From NCBI GenBank assembly GCA_050084985.1, contig JBITNC010000001.1, forward strand, positions 204,476,001 to 204,540,000: a DNA stretch of 64,000 bases, given 5' to 3'. Source of the stretch: Nageia nagi. Taxonomy: Eukaryota > Plantae > Pinophyta. The translations under genes and the position numbers were made by a program. A model generated the notes under the pieces. It had not been told where the DNA came from and did no database searches. It was given only the letters and a program-made list of their open reading frames with translations. Positions 53,001-64,000 of the stretch are shown piece after piece (the stretch's first letter is position 1; every line of letters begins with the position of its first letter).

Positions 53001-56000
53001 TCCACAATCATATCAATATTTGGTAAAGGAAAATCATCTTTTGGACATGCATTATTGATATTTCTAAAGTCAGTATAAATCCTTATTTCTCCAGTTGGTT
53101 TAGTAATAGGAACAATATTAGCCATTCATTTTGAATAATTTATAGTACAAATAAAACTAGTATACAAATACATTTCAATTTCTTTTATGACTAATAATGC
53201 TTTTAATGGATTCATCTTCCTTGGTTTTTGCTTGATCGATTTTACAACTTTTTAAAGTGGTAAACTATGCATGATATATGTATCTAAACTAGGCATATCA
53301 TAATAAGACCAAGTAAGATTTTTATTACATTCAATAAACTTTCTTCTATACCTTTTTTGGGATGGTATTGGAAGAGCAACTCCAATTTTTATCAACCTCT
53401 CTTGATCACTTGTGCCAATTTTGATATCTATCAACTCCTCTACAAAAAATATGGACTCATATCTTCTTTGTAATAATGAAGGTAACTCCTCCAATCTTGG
53501 TATTTCTTGGCTATTAATATCATCTTCATTAGCTTGTTGTACCTGAAATACTTTTTTAAAATTTATCTCTTATCCAAAATATCCATATTGACTAAGAACA
53601 TAATTTGGTTTCCTTATTGGATTTTATTTGGGCAATTTTTAATGTGCACCCTTGTATTATAATGTGATCATCAATAGGAAAGAGATCAAACTCAAGTGGT
53701 ATAGTATCATCTATCTATTTTATCTTTTCAATTTCATCACACAATTCTATCATATTGCATTTTAGAACAAACTTAATAGGTATTATAGTTTGTTTTGTAC
53801 TTGGATTATTATCCAATACTTATTATCTTTTTGGGATCCTAAATTAATAGGAAAATAGGTCATTCTTTTTTCTAATTTTCCTAATCCTCCCCCTCTATAT
53901 TTGCAATTGTCAACTATGTATTTATGTATAAAGGGAGATGGGAAAGAATTACCTGTATTCTTGTTTTGTATTTTATCCTTTGATTGAATATGATTCATAG
54001 ATAAAGGTTTTATCTAATAATAAATTCTTGTTTATCCTTTATTTTCATGGCATCCATGTCTTATATCACCATCTCGAATAAAGTTTTACCCTTTACTCTT
54101 GAGACTCAGCATAGCATACATATCCTAACTCATTTACAATTTTTGGATGGCCCAAGTCTTTTACAAAAGCTAATAGATCAAAAATTTTAATTTTGTACAT
54201 TTCCATGGTTGATTCTTTAACTTTTACCTCTTTTTATACTTTTATCAATGCTAATTCTACCTCCAATGGAACTATCTGAAACTTAGGACAATTTAAATCC
54301 AATCCTTCAATATATAGATCTTCTAGATTACACAATGCATTTGGTTATGAATCCCCTATGACTGTATGTATGTTTCCTTCATGCTCAAATTTAAAATGAA
54401 CATTTATTATAGAAGGTACTGCATCCATATCATGTAACCAAGGTCTTCCTAAGAGAAGGTTATACAAAATTTTTCCACTCATAACATGAAAACTTGTTTG
54501 GATACTTCTAACACCCAATGTGACCTCTTGTGTAACTAATCCAAGTGGTTTTTTAGTTGAAATATAAAATACCATTATTCAAAAATTTGACTCTTCTAGG
54601 GATGAAATAGTTATATCATTGCTTTCTAATTGTTACAAGAAATTTTAGTAATAAACATTAATAGCTGAACTAGGATCTACCTATATTCTTATTTTCTATT
54701 TTATCCTTTGATTAAATAGGATTCATAGATAAAGGTTCTATTAAATAAGAAATTCTTATTTATCCTTCATTTTCATGGCATCTATGCCTTATATCACCAT
54801 CTTGAATAAAGTTTTACCCTTTACCATCGAGACTTAGCATAGCATACATACCCTAACTGGTTTACAATTTTTGGATAGCCTAAGTTTTTTACAAAAGCTA
54901 ATAGATCAAAATTTTTAATTTTGTACATTCCCATGCTTGATTATTCAACTTTTACCTCTTTTTATACTTTTATCAATGCTAATTATACCTCTAATGGAAC
55001 TATCTAAAACTTAGGACAATTTAAATCCAATCCTTCAATATATAGATCTTATAGATTACATAATACATTTGGTTATGAATCCCCTATGATTGTATGTATG
55101 TTTCCTTCATACTCAAATTTAAAATGAACATTTATTATAGAAGGTACTGCATCCATATCATGTAACCAAGGTCTTCCCAAGAGAAGGTTATATGAAATTT
55201 TTCCACTCATAACATGAAAACTTGTTTGGACACTTCTAACACCCAATGTGACCTCTCATGTAACTAAGCCAAGTGGTTTTTTAGTTGGACTATAATATGA
55301 TATTATTCAAAAATTTGGCTCTTCTAGGGATGGAATAGTTACATTATTGCTTTCTAATTATTACAAAAACTTTTAGTAATAAACATTAATAGCTGAACCA
55401 AGATCTACTATTGCTCTTTTTATTTTTAAAGAATGGATCATTGGGGTAATAAAGAGTGCTAAGCATTTAACTATTAGTTTTTTGCTAAGTTTTTCAAATC
55501 TAAAGAAAGATATAGCATCATAATCTTTAATAGACATAATTTTTTCAAAAAATATAGTAGCAAACATATTGTTAGGAACTGTTTCTTTTTTGAACAAATC
55601 ATATAATACTTCTCTATGTTTCTCAGATATACTAGTGAGATAAAACAAACTAATCATAGAAGTAGTGGTTTTTAATTGTTCAATCATGCTATAAAGCTCT
55701 TGGATCTGGTGGGAGACTTATATATTCATTTGTAGCTAGATTTTGATTTTGATGTGGATGTAGATTTGATCTTGGAAGTCATATTCTAAGTATGATGTAC
55801 ATATCCTCATCTATTGATATTGCATTCATTATATGGTTTATATTTGAAATATTTTCATTGATCTCATACTTTCCTTGAGTAATCATATCTAATATATCTT
55901 CTTAAAGGGTTTTACAATTATTTGTTGTATGTCCTCTTCTTTGATGATATGAGCAATAAGCATATAAGTTCCCCATAAGAAAATTGTCACCTTTTGCCTT

Positions 56001-57050
56001 TGTTCTAATGGCTTTAATAAGCCCTTCTTAATCAAGTCCTATAAAATAAGATTGGGAGGAATCAGGAAGGTAAATGTATAACTCCTTATTGTATGAGATC
56101 TTGTAAGAGCTATTTTTCAACCATATTGATACTATTTTTTCTTTTTTCATATATGGTTTCTTATTTTCTTTCTTCAATGTTATACTTGCATATTTGAGCG
56201 TTCCTAATTCAATCAATACCTTTTCCTTTAAAATTATTTTTCTATTCATGACTCCAAAACCTAATTCATTATAATTAAGAGCATGTTGCTTCATAATTGG
56301 AAGTAAAGAATCAACAAAAATACCACAAATTTCTCTTTCATCCAAATGACTATGAATAGTCTACCATACCTTTTTAAACTATGGGATACACTTCTCTAAC
56401 ATTTCATAATTTCTTTGACCCATTGCACATATTTATTTAATTGTACTCTATTCTTTAGCATTATTCTTATATTGATTCATAAATTCTTTCACTAATGATT
56501 AGAATGAATCAATATATCCTTTAGGAAGATTATAGAAACACTAACTAACATCACCTTTCAAACTCCTTAGGAAGAATTACATCATCAACTTCTCCTCATA
56601 TCCTAGTTTCAATAGGCACTCCTCCTGAAATACAATAAGATGTTGCTTTATATCTTGCTTGCGACTAAACATGTCAAATTTGGGGGCCTTGAGATTAGGT
56701 GGTAGGGGATAATAGAGGATATATAGCAATAATGGTGTATTGAAAAAACCATCATATTCTTCATTACTATTTTGATATCTACTATTTTTCAATTTTACAA
56801 TTCTTTCCATCACCTTAGGTGCAATATTTCAATTATTGCTTGTTGTGTCCTATGGCTTTGGAAAAAATAGAGTCATAGTCTAAGTTAGGGTTGTGATCAC
56901 TTGAGTCAAGTTCAACTTCATCTGAGGGCCAAGATAAGCATAACTAAGTCAAGTTCAACATGCATTGATACCTCATACTCAGATAAGTATGGTGTGCATG
57001 GAGCTAGATCCATATCAAAATTTTTGTTAGATCTTAGCTAGGAGGACCAA
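50057..57050 (-). pseudogene. Decayed gag-pol of element F
   Basis: Gag PPNLKAPKFDMF; PR RAIVDLGSAINV and YNLLLGRPWLH; G-patch-like YRGGGLGK; RT CPKDDFPLPNIDMIVD, MDGFFGYNQI, YVDD; RH LAKWLMLLQEFD; aRH WMLYFDGSKC; INT ending GSGAYKL. Confidence 0.92.
53953..55408. repeat. 728-bp tandem duplication within F (53953-54680, 54681-55408)
   Basis: Two colinear copies; junction with tac microhomology. Confidence 0.9.
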
Positions 57051-57079
57051 GATTGTTTGAAATAGTGGGTTCACCAAAA

Positions 57080-57708
57080 TGTAGATATGAAATAATGCAT
57101 AATGTAATAAATAATATACTATTTTTCTACAATCCAAATATTGTAGTATACATCTAAAATATACTAATTATTGTAATAGTAAATAATGTACCTTATCAAA
57201 TTTGATAGTTTCAATCATATACTACACATTCGCACAATCATTACAAGAATAATCATTGTATAAACAATGTTGATATCCATTACTTTAGCACACCACTAAT
57301 GATGCAAACCATTAAGAAATAGATGCATAAATAATAATATAAAAAAAATGATGAAGAGATAATAACATATCAACCAATGGGTGGCATTACAAAACATCAT
57401 TGTTACTTGGAAGTAAGTTAGGCATGAAGTATATTATCTGGTTGGTGATAATTTATTCATATGTTAAAAATTTTCTTTGATATTATTTTATAGCGACAAC
57501 TAGATCTTCTTTCTATCTTGATATCATAATACATTACATATTCAAAGGTGCCTTTATGGGAATTTGATACCATTTACATTGTTTAGTGGTCATATTTCAT
57601 TAAATACAATCCCTTGGGTATATCTTAACCCCTTATTTACAATAAACATCTCTTGATGCTATAAAAATGAACTATTAATAAATGAGAATTCATTTTTAAG
57701 TGTTTACA
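57080..57708 (-). repeat. Element F 5' LTR (629 bp)
   Basis: TG...CA; PBS adjacent on the minus strand. Confidence 0.9.
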
Positions 57709-59829
57709 ATATGAGTTGAGATAAAATTACTAGGAAGTGACCATTAAGGATAACTTCTCTATGAGGTTATCAATCAATACATTACACCATCTAATCTTCT
57801 TTCCCTTTTCCATAGAACTCATTCCTAAACTTGGTACCATATTCTTTTCCAAGGATCCTAGATAACATCAAGATCATCAACTCTACAAAGGGGTATAAGT
57901 TGTTGTGTGGAACATTTATGAGAGTAATTATTTTAAGGATGTGATGGTCTTCTAGCATCCAATATCTAATGGTGATAACCACCCTATTGGTGGATTGGTA
58001 AAGGGCTAGTTACTTTGCTTCACTATATTCAACATCCCCTCTATCATGAATTGAAATGCCTTCTTGATAGCTTCAGGGCTGAATTCCATGGTAACATCTC
58101 CCTTGATATCCCTAAGAATCCTTTCACCCTTCTTCTAAAGTTGGCTCAGCTCCATGTATAACTTTGGGAAAGGGGTTATGAATGGTATGGAGGTGGAGGT
58201 GGAGAGACTTGAGAAGAAAACAACATCCTTTCTTAATATGTATCCCCTATGGTGGAAAATCCATTCTTCAAAAATATATCCCCTTATGGTAGGGGCTCTT
58301 TCCTTTCACATATCAAGAATTTATAGTATTATCTTAGCATCTCTAACTCCTTTGCACTTTCCCTGGCTACACTACTCCTCAAACTAGTCATCTTGGCCTA
58401 GTGGATGATTGATATCTCTAAAGGTGATGTGCAAGCCTACTTGGGATGAGGCTTCTCCAACATTACCTTATCCTTTCTTGTAAATGCCCCATGTTTGATT
58501 GGAAAGGTGATGGTGCAAATTGAGGGATACAATTTTGCACTTCTTCTTCACTTGTGCACAAAAATGAAGGGAAGAAGTGATTTGAATTTCATAAAAATTA
58601 GGGATCCACCTTGTATTTATACCCAAAATTAAGTCTTTTGCAAACCCTAATTGGTTATGTTCCTTAAAAACCTCATTCTATTCATCTAGATGATCAACCT
58701 AGGGATATATATTGACTCCAAAATTGATGCATTATCATCAAAAACTAGATGTGGGGATGAGAGAGAGGCTTTAGGGTGGGTGCATACCTAAAAAGAATAA
58801 AAAATTTCTTTCTAGATCATGCACTCAACTTGGAAGTGCATCTTCACTCATCCATATTGCCATTGTGATCATGCTTTGACCTTGACTCTTCTTAGATTTA
58901 TCTCTCCTAGGGTCCAAGATTGGCAAATTTCATTTTTGAGCTCATATAAGACAACTCCCAAGCTAGGTGCATGTTTCAAAAAGATAAAATTTTATCTTTT
59001 CAAAATATGCACCCAACTTTCCAATCATACTAGTTTGAGCACATATCCTAGAAAGATAAGATTTTATCTTTTTAAGACATGCATCAGGTTCTTATTTCCT
59101 AGTTTGGTTTGTTTCAAGCCTTTTATGATCAATACTTAAGCAAATTATACTATTTATATTGACCTAATGTCTCCCTAGGTTAGGTGCATTCTACAAGAAA
59201 TCAAGGTTTTACATTTTCAAACCATGTTCCTACTCTTCTGGTCACTCCTAATTCGAACACTATCTTCAAAGTTCCATGCCTTAGCCAATTTTCCTTATGG
59301 CATCAAACTATACATCTCCTTCCCTTGAGTGTATGCTCCCAAAAGATAATATTTTATCATTTTGAGGTATGTGCTCATTCTTTGGGTGCCTCTGGAACTA
59401 GTTGCATATCCCCAAAAGATAAGATTTTATATTTTTGAGGGGTGCACTTAGCTTGAAAGTGATCCAACTTATTTTTACTTTCCTCCATTCTAACATGGAT
59501 GGCTCCTAGGTCTAAGTGCATGTCCCGACAAACATTTATCTTTTTGAGGCACACACTAGGCCTTGGGATAGATCAGTTTTACTTAGCTTGAATCATACTC
59601 AACTTGGGTTCCCTTGGTTTGCCTAAACTTAACTAATGATTTTCAAACTTAATAATTTTTTGAAGGATTTTTATCTTTATTTTGACATGGATAAGACTAG
59701 GTGGATAATAATAGTTAGGCTAGGGATGATAGGCATGATACCCAAATAGGTGTAGCTTTCAAATACTCAAGAAAAGGACATGAGATTGTGTAGACCTAAG
59801 TTATGGTGGGTCCCCAAAATCACATTACA
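57709..59829 (-). mobile_element. Element G: LTR remnant inserted into H and interrupted by F
   Basis: Minus-strand start tgtaatgtg at 59829; TATA ggtataaata near 58620; repeated aaaagataa(g/a)attttatctttt motifs. It abuts the broken pol of H. Confidence 0.55.
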
Positions 59830-62263
59830 TAAGTCACAACATGTAAAAGGTCAAGGAAATCATGGAAATCCATCCTCTAAAAAGTTTAAAGAAAAGTCTT
59901 TTAGGAAAAGTTCAAGCCATAAGAAGATTTATTTCTCAACATTTAGATAAGTGTGCTCTAGTTTCATATTTAATTAAGAAGGGTACAAAGTTTATATGGG
60001 ATGAGAAATACCAAGTAATTTTAAAGAGAATTGAGAAATATTTATGTAATTCTCTAGTTCTATCACCATATCAACATGGGGAACCCTTATGGTTATATAT
60101 ATTTGCTACTTTGCAAGCCTTGGGGGGAAATTCATGCAAGAAAAGATGAATAGGAAAGAGAGAGATCAATCTACTTAATTAGTGATAAATTAGTAGATTA
60201 TGAGATAAGGTGTATTCCTATAAAGAAGATCTGTTATGCCATAGTTTTGTAGCAAAAAAATTGAGTTATTTCATGTTGGAAAGTACTACATATGTGGTAA
60301 CAAGGGTTGATCCTTTCATATATATTTTTGTCAAAATCATACTTATAAGGAAAGGCAACGAAATGGGTAATGATAATCTAAGAATTTAATCTTATCTTTG
60401 TAAATCAAAAATCAATAAAAGTCCAACTTCTAGTATATTTATGGCTGATTTTTGAAGTGATGATTCAACTCCCCTTCATGAATAATTTCATGATGAATGT
60501 GCTTTAGTTGAAAAGGATAAGGTGTGGACTTTATATTTTTATGGTTCAAAGTGCATCCATAGAGTGGGGGTATGTGTTGTTTTGATTTCTCCTAAAGGGT
60601 ATGTAACAACATTAGCATATATATTGGATTTTGATTGCACTAACAAAATAGGTAAATATGAAGCTCTTATTTTGGAACTAAAGATGACCATTAGCATCAA
60701 TGTAAAAAGTATTTAGATTTATGGGATTCATAATTAATTGTAAATTAATTCAATGAAGTTTACAACACCAAGGATGAAAAGCTAATCCCTTACAATGAGT
60801 TGGGCATAAGATTGCTCAAATATTTTGATAGCTATGAATTGGAAAATATCCCAAAAAATAATAATAGGTATGTGTATGTAATGGCAAGTGCAGTTTTCAT
60901 AAAAAAAAAAGATAAGTAAGTCCTTATGCCCTACCAATTATATTAAAAATATTGTTTATGTTTGTACTACTTGTAATGTGGAATTTGAAATCAACCCATG
61001 GTATTAATAAATTTGTGAGCATATTAAATATGGTATTATTATATAAGAGATTTACAAGCAATAGATAAAAATAATGAGAAAATTAAATTTAAAAACCATG
61101 CAACCGAGTATACCATTATAGGAAATACTCTTTATAGAAGATCATTTAAGGGTATTTTATTAAGATATCTTTATCATAAGGAAGTTGAGACAAATTTGGA
61201 ACATGCCCATGAAGGCATATGTGGAGGCCACATCAATGGTATATCAGTATATCAAATATTTCTTAGGATGGGATATTATTTTCCTTCCATGAAGAAATAT
61301 TATTTTCAACATATCAAAAAGTATTTAAATTGCTAAAAACATGTGAATCTAGAGCTCACTCCATCTCAAACATTAAACACCATCACTTATCCATAAACAT
61401 TCTTTATATGGGAAATATATATTATGTGTTATCAATCTGTTATCAAGTGAAGGTCACAAGTTCATCATAAAAACCATGGAATATTACACCAAATTAGTTG
61501 AGATAATTTCATTAAAGTTAATCATATCAAGTAAGTTAATCAATTTTATTAATAATAATATCATTAATAGATTTAGGGTTCCTTCACAAACTTTTATAAA
61601 TAATGGGCCTAACCTATTAAGAAAAGAGATGAAGAACTTATGTAAGATGTTTCCCATTGAGAAAAATATTTCCACACCATATTATCGATAAGAAATGGTC
61701 AAGTGGAAGCATCAAATAATATAATCATGAGCATCTTGTGCAAAATAGTAAATAGAATGGTAGAAATTGGCATGATCAACTTCCATATGCTTTATGGGAA
61801 TATAGAACTAGCATAAGTACAAAAACATGGGTAAATCCTTTTTACTTGTGTATGGGAATGAATAAATAATTCCTTCATAGTTATCCCATATTTGAGAGTA
61901 TCAATAAAAGTCATTAACAATGAAGAATACAAAATAAAAGCAAGGTTGCAATAGTTGAAGGCTTTGGATGAAATAAGAATTAATGATCTTGAACATATTA
62001 GATCATATTAGAATAGGTTAAAGAGAGCTTATAGTAAAAATATTAAAAATAAGAAGTTTCAAGTAGGAGACTTTGTACTTCTTGAGAGTGTTTCAAATAC
62101 AACAACATCTTAAGAACTCAAGGGCATATTTTAGCCAAATTAGGTAGGCCATTTTGTGATTATTGTAAATTTTGGTCAAGGCACCTACAAGTTATTAGAT
62201 ATGGAAGATAGGGAGGTTAATAAGCCTTAAAATGCTCAACATCTAAAGAAAATCTATGCTTAA
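59830..62263 (+). pseudogene. Element H: RT-end/RH/aRH/INT of another Tat/Ogre element
   Basis: LGKVQAIRRFISQ; WTLYFYGSKC...CTNKIGKYEAL; HEGICGGH; STPYYR..NGQVEASN; ends HLKKIYA*. Confidence 0.9.
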
Positions 62264-63484
62264 CATAAAAAACTCATAATGACCAGGCCATTCCTTAGTA
62301 GGGAAAGTTTTAAGAGCCCCCCTTAAAAAATGACTTTTAATAAGAGGGTGATCAATCTCAAAATTTATTTGAAAATGAGGCGATCAATTCTAAATCATGT
62401 TATAAATTTTTAAAAATAAGGGAGAAATAGATAAATATAAGGTGAATAATCATTCAAATACTTAATTGACATATTTTCATTTCTTTTCTCAACAAATTTT
62501 AATGTTAAAATTTAAATTATAATGTTCAAATATATATGTTTTCCTTTCAATAGGTGACTATATTAGTGATATTTTTAACTTAGAATTTTAAGGTGTATAA
62601 CGAGCCAAACCTATTCTAAATATAGGCATGTTTTTTCCATAAAAATAAATAAATAAATAAAATCAGGATGAACATGTTGGAGGAAAACATGTTTTTGCCC
62701 TAATGTAAAAAGTATCCAAATAAAAAAGGGGACATAGATTTGGTGTTATCATCAGATGGTCCATGAAAATTTCAGGGATTTTTTTCTTTATGTTTTACTT
62801 TGGAGAACATGATTTTCAAATATTTATATTTTTCAGTTATATTTTCAAAGTGGTGCATTTTGAGATACCTTAATTTGATTTTATATTTATTTAGAATCTA
62901 AATATTGGTATTTACAAGTGATTTCAATTATTTATGTTATTATTATGATTATCAATATAGTGGACTAATGTGTATCTTCTTTGTAGGTAAAACATGACCC
63001 AAGAAGTGGGTGATCAACAACTACTTATATAATGGAGATTCATATAATCCCACTATCAAGATAGATTTGGTAAAACATATTATGAAATTTGATAGTGGCA
63101 TATATTCTTTAGGTGTTCTTCAACATTGCCTATCAAGATTAGAAATTGGAAGCCTTAACTATCTTATGTGAGCTATTATACTATCATTATGTACAAACTA
63201 ACATCATTGCTAGTTGAAGGATCAATGACTCTTTGTTGGACATTTAGATGTACCAAAAATACATAATCAATGGCCCATTTTCATACTTCCAATGGTCCTC
63301 TCCTTATAAATGTGAACCTTTTAGGATCATGGCCAAATAAATGAGAGATGAAGTAAATCACATGAACATAATAAGATAGCTAATGAATTGATTACTTATG
63401 TAGACATATCAAAATGAACCTTTATGTATTTAATAAATCGTTTTAATCCCTTAACAATTTATCATTTAAAAAGGGATTAAAAAA

Positions 63485-64000
63485 TGTATAAGAAAGGTGT
63501 AGGCCATGTATTTGACCCTTGTGGCATGAACAAGGGGTTAAATCCTATAATAGAAGCATCCCTATATAAAGGCATTCAAGACATACAAATATGGATGATG
63601 GATTATCATTAGAAGAAGATTATACAAGGGGTAGATTATAAAAGATCCAAGGCCTCTATCAATTGAAGATTAGATAGAGAATCAAGGACTTGAACATCAT
63701 TTGCAAAGCAAAACTTTGCAAAGGATTCTTATATGTAATAAGTGAATTTATTATCTTAAACATTATCATACGTTTGTTATATTGATAAATAATTTATTCA
63801 CTTGTCATTTTCTCTTTCATCGCATCTTGATTCGCTCTATTACATGATATTGATGGCATACTATTATCAAGGCACCAAGGTGATGCTTCTATATGTTATA
63901 TTGCTCATTCTTGATGTGTGTCTTTCATTAATCTATTAGATATGTATATTAACAAAATGAACCTGTATGGTTAATCATATGTTTTCATATTCTTGCTTTA
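63485..64000 (+). repeat. Probable 3' LTR of element H (runs off the window)
   Basis: Purine-rich aaaaagggattaaaaaa then tgta; cctatataaa near 63562. No partner LTR in the window. Confidence 0.4.

Larger units (their letters stand above)
48473..57708 (-). mobile_element. Element F: Tat/Ogre-type gypsy retrotransposon, minus strand
   Basis: 5' LTR 57080-57708; 3' LTR ~48473-49054 (terminus lost); PBS tggtgaacccac 57076-57065; PPT aaagaggggcaaaa 49068-49055. Confidence 0.88.

Noticed and set aside
579-61691. The many 60-150 aa ORFs as independent genes
   Set aside because: They are fragments of decayed gag/pol/ORF1/PMD frames, antisense shadows of them, or chance ORFs in LTRs.

Overview
Gene-free, AT-rich, strongly CpG-depleted plant heterochromatin, most consistent with a large-genome gymnosperm (inferred from element types and decay pattern). 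The window is almost entirely nested, decayed retroelements. (A) 608-12260: RT-less chromovirus-derived LTR element with an intronless PDS5 (cohesin regulator) N-terminal domain where gag should be. (B) 1193-6616: second RT-less chromovirus derivative inserted in A's 5' LTR. (C) 12751-13748: copia-like LTR+PBS fragment. (D) 13749-~48470: Tat/Ogre-type element with a long 3' accessory region, including an antisense plant mobile domain (PMD) gene. Inside D lie a 1.87-kb tRNA-headed, ORF1-only, poly(A)-tailed retroposon (24092-25959, minus) and (E) 26052-41000, a Tekay-like chromovirus with 5-kb LTRs that each carry a CpG-rich ~1-kb segment. (F) ~48473-57708: minus-strand Tat/Ogre element. (G) 57709-59829: LTR remnant. 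(H) 59830-64000: 3' half of another Tat/Ogre element. No intact host gene is present. The two best novelty candidates are the PDS5-carrying LTR element and the tRNA-headed ORF1-only retroposon. All homology calls are motif recognition by eye, not database searches.
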